The notes under the pieces were generated by a model. It did no database searches. It had not been told where the DNA came from and saw nothing but the letters and a program-made list of their open reading frames with translations. 64,000 bases of DNA, taken from positions 31,930,001-31,994,000 of the forward strand of contig NC_043003.1 of assembly GCF_006345805.1 (NCBI RefSeq), read 5' to 3'. This document shows, one piece after another, positions 53,100-64,000 of this stretch. The DNA comes from Octopus sinensis (lineage: Eukaryota). A program made the position numbers and the translations under genes. The stretch's first letter is position 1; each line of letters starts with the position of its first letter.

Positions 53100-53924
53100 A
53101 ATACATACATATATTCATACATATTCAACATATTTCCCTCTCAGGCTCGCACACTTATTGTAGCATCAACTCGGTAGGTAGGTCTTTCGCGATAACTTAA
53201 ACACAAGCCGAAACGACTTGATTTCTTTCTAAATTTTATTAGTATATAAATCTGACAGTTGCCACCTTAATGACAATATTTTAGGGCCCACCATGACCAC
53301 GGCCGTCACGTCACCTATATGTATGCCTTTGTTATCAGTACGTTTTTTTTCTTTTTTCTTTTTCTTTTCCTTCCTTTTTCTTGCCTTTTTCTGTGATAGA
53401 GCTTTCATTGCGTTTTTAAGCATATAGTTTTCTAGTTATTTATGGTATATTTCTTCTTCCCCTTCCTCATATATATCTCTATCTTTCTTACTTTTATCTA
53501 TATTTTTTTTCCTTTCTATTCCATTTCCTTCTTAGACACCTATTATGTATATGGTAAACATTTGCTTACGTTTACATCTATAAATGTGCACTAACAGGAA
53601 TGCGCTACATTGTGATTTCCACTCTATAACTACTTGAAACGTAGGTGTTAAATGCATTCAAAATATGAACATCTGGTTTTGTGATTATTCCGATAGCTAA
53701 ACACGTATATACGTAGGCACGTACGCACAGACATACATAAATACAGACACACACATATACACATACACACACACACACGTGCACACACAGATACACACAT
53801 GCACATTCATAAACACACACACACATACATATATATATATACATACATATACATGTGCTCTCGTGTGTATGTATGTATATATGTCGCCATTAACACACAT
53901 TCATCCATTCTTTTGTTTGTATGA

Positions 53925-53961
<37 letters not shown>

Positions 53962-55429
53962 TCTGTGTGTATGAGTGTGATATTGTTTGTATTCTCCTGT
54001 ATGTGATCCGGTTTATACATTTTGCCGTGTTGATTCTAAATTTTAGCCAAAATATGTATTGTTGAGTTAAAAGCCGTGTGATGCGCATATGGCCGAGTTA
54101 TAGGGCTTTTGTTCATATTGTATAATGTGATCGATTTGTCTTTCAGTATTTTCTCTCTATCTTATTTCTTCCCCCTTTTGTTTTCGTCGTTATCTCATCG
54201 TAGTCAAAGAATAAGTGACCGGAATGCAATATTCAGTTGGTGATTCGACACTAGTCAGCTTAAGTAAACTATTATCTCAAGTTTTGATAAGGTCATAATA
54301 GACAGTCGTAGTACTAATACTACTGCTTCTATCTTCAATATACTTTCTCTACTACCAGGACATGTTTGCTACTGGAAACTCAAGTGAGCAACATTTAACC
54401 ATTCCTTTATTAGTTTCTCAAATTAGAACTTACGAGCATGCCGAAAGTCGGTGTTACTATTCTCAAATATGTAATAAGTTTATACTTGGAACGTAAGCCA
54501 CTCAGCTAAATTTTAATATCTAGTTTGATTTGTACCACTTCAGTGAATCAGTATTTTAACCTTATAGCCTCTGTTTCGGTGGTCACGTATATCCATAGGA
54601 GTATGCATGAAAAGGATAAGGTAATAAATTGAAAACAAGACAACGGTCTGGTTATTTGAAAGTATCGATTCGTTTCTAATGCACAAAACAAGTCACTTAA
54701 TATGAACTCTTAAATATTCAAACTGACACAACTTATATATTCGGCAATTGTGTTACATCTACTAAATATTTCAAATTGGATCGCCCATGTAATCTAAAGC
54801 TTAAGTGGGTAAGCATCTTATTTCCCTGATTCTACGCTCGTTTCCTATACTGATCACTGAAAATATTGTGTTACAATGGTAACGAAGACGAATATAACTG
54901 ATTTCTGCATGAATCATTATTAAAATTTAATAGAACATCGGAAACACGAAACGGAAATAAGAAATGCTTACATTGTTTTAATAGAGTAAGCGATGAATAT
55001 ACTGCCATTCATTTGGGAAATATCATCTTGATGTTTCTATCTCTCACTCTTACACTCTAACTGTCTTTGTCTCTGACTTGCTCGCTCTCCGCCTTTGTGT
55101 CTCATCCTCTTTAGATTGTTTACTCTCTGAAGAAGACTTAATATAAATCTCCAAGAAATGACAATTTAGTCAAAGATAATAATATTAAACAAGGATAATA
55201 ATATTTACTCAATTATTAAATGCATCTTTGTATCCATATATACGGATATGTGTTTCATATGTACAGAAGAGATATTCAAAACAGTTCTCATTACCAGTTC
55301 TATTCTGTTGTTAAGATATGTGGTATTTCACAATTGGTTATTTGAATTTCGCTTCCATCATCAGAGTGGATCTCTCTCGTCTACTGTCCACCTTTCACAC
55401 ACACACGCACACACACACACACTATGTAT

Positions 55430-55537
<108 letters not shown>

Positions 55538-56949
55538 TTACAGATGCATCGAATTATACCTTAGAAGTACCATTAGACGAATAAATATGCGTATTCATTA
55601 AGGAACACCTCCTTGTCAATATTTCTTCTCTGAAAAACACCTCTACCGAAATAGCTCACCCAAAACATCCTGTTCAACGAATAATTTCCCTTCAACGATT
55701 CCCTGAGAAAGAGGTCCCTTTCTGAAATATTGACATACCATATTTTACCATCAAGCTGTTCTATTTACATCTTTTTGCATTTGTAGATAGATAAGACCAA
55801 AAACTTACCAGCGAGCCAGGATATCTTTTTTAGAAAAGTTTAGATAAGATGAATCTGCAGATTAAAGTAGAAGAAAGGCCAGTGACTCACATAAAATCCC
55901 TAACCTGTAGAACATATTCATTTCAAAGATGTACGGAGAGCAACAGTATAGTGTATAGGATGAATCCACAGATGAACTGTAAGATCAGAAATGTAGTACA
56001 AGGTGTTCTAAGGGGCAGTACGAAACCAGGGCATCAACATACATTTGGAAGATAACACCTATAATAGGTGAGCGGATAGGTGAACACTGGTGGTAGCTCA
56101 AGGAGGAGAAAAGCTCGTACGTGAACTACTAACATACTCAATTAGAATACAGAAATTGGGTTAATAACATAGGTGTTAAGATATTATCAACAGATGCGAA
56201 ACGCAGACAGAGTAGAGGGGCCACAGACATAATAGATAGACTGAGTCTTAACGAAAAATATGAATGGAATAATAACACCCCCATTCCGCCACACTGCACA
56301 ACCTGACTATTAAATACAGAGGGAAGAAACAGAGACATAGATACAAAAAGTATAATACTTAAAGGCATAAGTCAAACATAGATATACTGAAGACAGAATG
56401 AAAAAGAGTAAATAAATAAATAAACAAATTGCTATATCCTTATAGATAAACGAATACACCGCAACAATATGATAACAATATAATCTAAATAAACAGCGAT
56501 ATCCACCCGTAACGTAACAACATTCTTTTAAGAACCAACAATCCAACACGCTAACTAGAACTGTAAACTTTGAACTCCAGCTTTGAACTATCAATACACG
56601 ATCTGTGGAACCAGCACGATCTACATCACTTATCAACCGCTATTATTTATATGTAGTGTTTCAGTCCATTCTCACCAGGAGGTGTCGTACTCTAGCACAA
56701 CATCTCCCCTTTTGAGATTTGGTGTTCCAAAGGAATACTGTTTTTTTATTTATATACATATATTTTCGTTTGTATCTCCTTCATTTGGGCATTATCTCAA
56801 GGTGTTCGGTTTGCTTTTTTTTTCTCTCATTCCGGTTCTACGGGACTCTATTAATTTTGGTACTGATACATCGAATGTTTCACAGAATACTTCCATGAGA
56901 ATTTCTTCCTGATCTTGGGTATGCCTCTTCCTTGTTTTATATGCCTCTT

Positions 56950-57610
56950 ATGTTCACCCTGTGACCCTTTAATTAGATACATCATACTTCCAAGTTTTCT
57001 GATAACAGGGCAATCTTAACAACATTCTTTACCGTTTCTATAGGTTTTGAAATGCACTTCATCACCAATAGCTTTCATTCTTAAATCTTGTGCCGTCACT
57101 GGTGGTTACTGGATAACGTTCGTTATATAACACTTTAAATTTCATTTTCTGTCTGCAGTGCGGCTATAACAATGTCTTCTAGTCGTTCCCTAGTTTGGGG
57201 AATTAATCCCAAATGGCAGTCCGCAAGACCGATTTTTTTTTTCGATATAATGTATTGTATTATGAATTTATAATTTTTTAATAGTACACCCCAAGATTGC
57301 AGGCGGTTCGCAATCTGAGTTGGTAACCATTTTTTAGATCTATAGATCGACAGCAAAAATCTATGGACTGTTTGTCATAAAATAACTTCTGCCATGCAGA
57401 AACCCTTGAAATGTTTAGCTGCAAATTAATTGCTAGGGCCTCCTTTTCAATTGACTATATCACTTCTCTGTAACATGAACCATTGGTTTTGTACTTCAGT
57501 CTTCGTATTTATCAAGTGGAACTGCACCTAATCCATGCTCGGAAGCATCAGATGCTACAATGATGTCCATTTCGAGATCGTAATATGCTAAAGACAAGTA
57601 CAAGAGTACG
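56950..57610 (-). mobile_element. Ty3/gypsy pol relic (RNase H region)
   Basis: DIIVASDASEHGLGAV (about 57520-57565), SQIEKEALA and LLSIYRSKKWLPTQIANRLQSWGVLLKNYKF. Confidence 0.85.
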
Positions 57611-57775
57611 CCCTCATTAATGAAACACCCTCAGTACTAAATAAGATATTTACATAGGTGTCATACTCCAATACACACAGTCTTTATAGTCACACAAACG
57701 CATACACAGACACACACAAACATGCACACAAGGACATGGATATGCAGAATATATATGTACAAACGGGCACACATG

Positions 57776-57831
<56 letters not shown>

Positions 57832-57837
57832 TATATC

Positions 57838-57946
57838 ACCGTGACCGACCAGGCTATCAGATGTTACTACACATCGCTGGTCACAATGCGTTTCGCATTG
57901 TTTTAGCCTCTAAATAACGCCACCCCGCTGGCTAAGCGATCAGACC
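57838..57946. repeat. ~110-bp insert between (TA)n runs with an internal hairpin
   Basis: Contains an 8-bp stem ACAATGCG-TTT-CGCATTGT. Probably a retroelement 3' tail (inference). Confidence 0.45.
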
Positions 57947-58012
57947 ATATATATATATGCATGCATGCAGACGCACATATATGCAGAGAGCATACATACA
58001 AACGTGCTCACA

Positions 58013-58063
<51 letters not shown>

Positions 58064-58532
58064 CATTATATAATTAGGGCTTAGTAAAATAAATTACTTT
58101 GCCACATACTGAACTTAGTAGAAATAGCAGCCAAAAAACATTTTCTTAGCATTTCTACTACTTAAAAGAAATTTCTCTCAGATAATGTTTACTCCAGACA
58201 GCCCACGAAGGTTTGGAGGTAAATACAGAAAAATATCACAAGTACATAGATCGTTTGAGTACGTCAACGTTTCAAGATTAGCCAAATAAAATCAGCATTT
58301 CTTTCGTCAGCTCAAAATTTCTTAATTTGGATTTGGAAACACTAAAAAGAAGGAACTTTACCTATCAGTGAACTTGTCGCTTCAGATGAACCACTCCAAC
58401 TAACAGTATCAACAAATTCAAAATGCGCAAGCGTAAATCTCTGCAATCCCCTTCCACCACGTGGTCTATCTAGCAAACATTATATTTTAACCGCGAGAAC
58501 CGAGGCAGTATGACCGAGAGAAATGAATTATA

Positions 58533-58659
58533 ATATCAACAATTGAGGGTAAAATTAATTAATTAATCAATTTCACCAAGTGTTCAGTATGTAAATGGTC
58601 CTTTTACATACTGAACACTTGGTGAAATTGATTAATTAATTAATTTTATCCTCAATTGT

Positions 58660-58665
<6 letters not shown>
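58533..58665. repeat. Near-perfect palindrome: 63-bp arms, one mismatch, 7-nt loop
   Basis: Arms are 58533-58595 and 58603-58665, with loop TGGTCCT. Confidence 0.95.
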
Positions 58666-58704
<39 letters not shown>

Positions 58705-59509
58705 CGTACACACATACACACAACATATGTGTATGCGCAGGCACACTGATGCACAGAAACAAACAAACAAACAAACAAAACCGCAGCTCCGATAACGGAC
58801 AGAAAACGACTATTGAAAATGTTGCAAGACGCACCGAAAATTTTAGCAAAAATAAATAAGTAATTGAGTGGAAATCAGACCTGTGAGTGTGCTAAATTAA
58901 TAGGGTACTAAACGAGAATGACTCTTCTCAGACAGAATAAAATATGATTCAACCTACGAATTCACATAAAGAATCTTGCAAACTAAATACGATATATATA
59001 TATATATATATATCATGAACTTGAGGACATTGCTTCACTCTCTTTTCACTCTCTTATAATAATGACCTACTGATTGATCACCAGATATCTTTCTTCTTGA
59101 AATCGTATCGAGATTCTGCACTGTGATAATTTATATGTTTCAAAGCTGAGAATAATATAAATTTTTTTCAAAGTATTCCAGCGATGCAACTAAAATTTAC
59201 TTTATATTCTTCTTGTGACCACAATAAATCACCTGTCAACTGTTGTAATCAGATTTAGAGGCATCTACGCTAAATCTTAGCGCTAGCAACACTGGATGTC
59301 AGTATAATTTATTTTTTGTAGTAGTGACACACTGAGTATATAAGAAAAAAAAACTGTTATCTAATGTGGCTATAGGCATTTTGACGAAAGCAATCTAAAG
59401 AGCTGAGAAAATGTGTTACTGGCTAGGGAAACTTAATCCCAATCTTGTCAAAAGTAGTAGGAACAGGCATAAATATAGTATATACGTTATATTTTATTCA
59501 ATTTTTTAA

Positions 59510-60659
<1,150 letters not shown>

Positions 60660-61214
60660 ATGCCCTGATGCAGTACCAGGCAGTGGCTCTCATGGCTTCT
60701 GATCTTAACTGATTGGAAGTATTATCATGTACATTGTTTTGTCTTGGTATAAAAGATGGGCTACAGCAAATATTCTGCTCAATACCACAGATTTGCTTGT
60801 CAGTTGTTTGACCTTAACCTAGTTGAGCATGTCCCTTAGTGGCTGACGATATGTGCATCTCTGATCACGAGCAGAAGTAATGGGGGAGCATCATAGCCAT
60901 GTGTTGAGAAGGATTCTTTGGGGTTTGAATAATTCACCTCTGGAAACATGGGTGTTTCGTTCAACGTCCTTAAACAACCCTTATTCAGGGACCTTTTGAG
61001 CGGGATGGGTTACTCGATCTGAAGAAAATTCTAACTGGGCTCCACCTGCAAGGTCATGTGCTGTTTATCTTGATATGAGATCACCATGTCGCGCACATAT
61101 GGTTGTGATGCATGTGCCTGGTGTAACCTTATCAGACGGGTAGTCATGATGGGTATACTGGGCTTCATATATTTTACCCCAGTGTCACTTTGATGGCATG
61201 CTCTCCTCACTCAC
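60660..61214. mobile_element. ~555-bp non-coding insert embedded in (TAA)n
   Basis: Complex sequence with sharp (TAA)n borders on both sides. I saw no TIR, ORF or A/B box. Confidence 0.55.
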
Positions 61215-61270
<56 letters not shown>

Positions 61271-61272
<2 letters not shown>

Positions 61273-61400
61273 TACATAACAAAAACACCAGGACTTACAA
61301 ACACATATAACATACAGAAAATTGCACTACTAGGCACTGCACACATCCTACGCAGAACACTTTCCATACAATAACCATCAGAGCATCACAACAAATCACA
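61271..61400 (+). mobile_element. 130-bp 3' fragment of an R4/Dong-like LINE inside (TAA)n
   Basis: YITKTPGLTNTYNIQKIALLGTAHILRRTLSIQ* (61273-61374), uninterrupted. Confidence 0.9.
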
Positions 61401-61465
<65 letters not shown>

Positions 61466-61899
61466 TAATAATAATAATAATGATAAGGATAATAATAATA
61501 TTAATGAAATTATTGTATACAGTGCTCAGGTGCACCACAACTTGTCAAAGGTGCGTATAAAGCATATGCAGTAATGTACAAATGTCTGGGAAGTGAAGAG
61601 TGTACAAGTCAGATACATGCTTGCGAGTGTATGGAGGGGAGACAAGAAACTCAGCTCCTTGGTAAATAAGTGTTCTTATAATGGGTATAACAGAAGATAT
61701 TAAAAAACGTTTAAGAAAAGATGGCATCACTCATAGTTCAGTTCCCATTGTTAGAAAAATCATCTGTTTATCAAAAGCATACCATTCAGTGTGCGGGGGA
61801 AAGATTACAGAAATACTTGTAGCTGACGGAATTATCAAGAGATAATTGGCTTCGTGATGATGCTCTAACAGTACATGCCAGGAAACTTGTGCTCACAGG

Positions 61900-62760
61900 A
61901 TGTGATACTGGTACTGGATTTTGATATTCATTCCGGTATCCTTCAAAGAGACACTTAGGCTTCATAACTGTTTAAAATATGCCTGGGTTGTATTTTGCGT
62001 ACACTCATTGGCATCAACAAAGATTATGAATTTATACTTGAGAAAGTTAAAAAGAAGAAATCTTACAATACAAATATCGGATGCCAACTACGGAGATGGT
62101 CTTGCTCTTCGAGCTGAGAATATAGAATTAGTAGAGAAAGTGATACATGCACTGAAGATTGCAGTTGCACAAATAGGAGTATACTTGAATGACTATTAGA
62201 CTAAATAGATGGGCTGTAAGATAACAAGTGAAAGCAGTACTCTGAATGGCGCCAATCTGACGGTGGTTGGTGAGTTTAGCTACTACCTGGGAAGTAACGT
62301 TGATTCAACAGAAATTGATATTCAGTAAAAGATTGAAAAAGTGTGGAAAGTAGACCACATTTTTCAGAACACTACTAGAGAAGCGAAAGTGTAATATCCA
62401 ACAATCTCTTTCTCTGGAAAGCCACACATGAACATACAGGTATTGGCAGACTAAGAGGTATTGGCATAGTAAGTCGAAGCTATGGAAGATCGGAAAATCT
62501 GGCGTGGAAGAGTTGCAATCGTCCAGGCAAGTCGCCCGACTGCATAGAGACGTAGGTGCGCTCCGCAACCTTATCAGCTATCATTACCAGGGACCATATG
62601 TCTAATAAGTCGTCGTACTGATATGACTGTAATCTAGGATGCAGGCAGGGTCGATTGGTTTAGAAATCTGTTCAATACAACTGGGCGGCCAGAGATAAGT
62701 GAGCGGAATATAGCAGACGGAATCTTCGTGGAAAATCATTTAAGAAAATGTTCCTTCAAC
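61900..62760 (+). mobile_element. Decayed RTE-group LINE RT relic
   Basis: DIHSGILQRDT (compare GVLQGDT), ISDANYGDGLAL (compare DADYADDIAL), AQIGVYLN, YLGS. Confidence 0.7.
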
Positions 62761-64000
62761 TGTGTAAACTGTGCTGCAAGCAGTAGGGTCTTGTTTCTGA
62801 GAATAATGTCTCTTGTCATATGTGCATAGTCGGAGATCGCTCACAAAGTTCTTTAACTAACCCTGTTGAATGTTTTCTCTTAACTATATTTTTCAATTAA
62901 AATTTTCTAAGTATGAACCCTCTGCGTTCTCTTAGGATTTACCGGTGTCTGAAAGTCGATTGTATTAGATTTCATGTTTTGATGTGATGTCCGATGGGAT
63001 TCTTTTATATTTCCTGCAGTCATTAAGATTCTAAATTCAACAGTATATTCATTCTTATAATACACAGACGTGTTGCTTTGAACACTTTTATCGTTAATTA
63101 TGTCTACCGAGTAGAATAAATATAGATAGATTTTTTTAAGAGGTAACTAGTCTGCCGTTTATTACCTGGCAGTAATTTTCTGTGTGAGTGAATGTCTATG
63201 CGTATTTATGTGTATAGTGATGTTTAGTGAAATAAACAGTTCATCATATGCTTCTTCAGTAAGTGATGCTCTCGCTTATTCTGATTAAGATTTTGATGTG
63301 TTATAGGGGTAATATAAAAAAAGACACCGATAACGTCCTGGATATTTAAATATAAGATTGGAGGACCGTGCTATACGTAGTCATTCCATAAACACGCGTC
63401 AAACTGCATTAGTCAGAAAACGATTCCTGAAAATAACGCATGAAATAGAAATATGTATTGAAAGACTATCTCCGAATAAAAATAACTATTTTCAGGTGTG
63501 GATAAATATTTAAAACTGAACCGAATAAATAAGCCAATCTTGTAGTGGTAAATAATATCCTAAATGTAAACAAAACCTATTTTCATGAGATCATTTACAA
63601 ACATTCATGACCAGATGGCTGTTAAAAAAGATTGATTCGTTATTTTCCCATTTGCTTACAATGCCATGTATGTTGAAAATAAGGATTACCACAATCTCAT
63701 TTGAATTGTTGGGGAGATGGTAGCGATAGTAAGCTAGTAAATTGTTTTATTTACTATAATTTTACTGTTACGTATTCTTTTGTATGAAAATCCCGCATTA
63801 TCATCGATATGGGTAAAAAAGTACCGTAATCTAAAAATAATCTCTCAGAGCCTTCTATCGACTAGTCTTAATCTTTGAAACAATTAATTACTACGACAGT
63901 CACGTGAAAAGATTTTCATTGGACAACGACGGTGTTTTCGAGAGGAAAGATAAGCTGTAAGGGCAGCTGCTGGTTTCCACTGAAAAAGAAATAGAAATTT

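Noticed and set aside
56650-56690. Minus-strand CTGGTGA...GGACT-GAAACAC motif
   Set aside because: A6 is mutated, and stem I and the cleavage triplet are not supported.
58605-58640. CTGAACA-CTTGGT-GAAA within the palindrome arm
   Set aside because: Position 8 is C and there are no valid stems, so it is not called a ribozyme.

Overview
AT-rich eukaryotic DNA dominated by microsatellites and transposon debris. The SINE and repeat types suggest a cephalopod, probably Octopus (inference, not a database result). I found no confident host gene, no rRNA, no true tRNA gene and no CRISPR array. Most ORF-track entries are microsatellite artefacts. Supported features are: an apparently intact IR/DR-type Tc1 (DD34E) transposon (17369-18966); two decayed Helitron helicase relics and a 350-bp non-autonomous Helitron with exact A|TC...CTAG|T ends; Tx1/L1-like, CR1-like, R4/Dong-like and RTE-like LINE fragments; a Penelope-like element with a GIY-YIG domain; a Ty3/gypsy RNase H relic; and several tRNA-derived SINEs. 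The most interesting signal is a set of hammerhead-ribozyme motifs in small Penelope-type repeats. One is fully foldable (30381-30424), one is a U3-A8 compensatory variant (23853-23900) whose decayed homologue sits in the 3' end of the Penelope element, and several are degenerate, one of them in the centre of a fold-back. Other points worth checking are the repeated insertion of retroelements into microsatellites, several fold-back structures, a duplicated putative micro-exon, and decayed ORFs of unrecognised origin (32.7-35.8 kb). All alignments and folds were done by eye.
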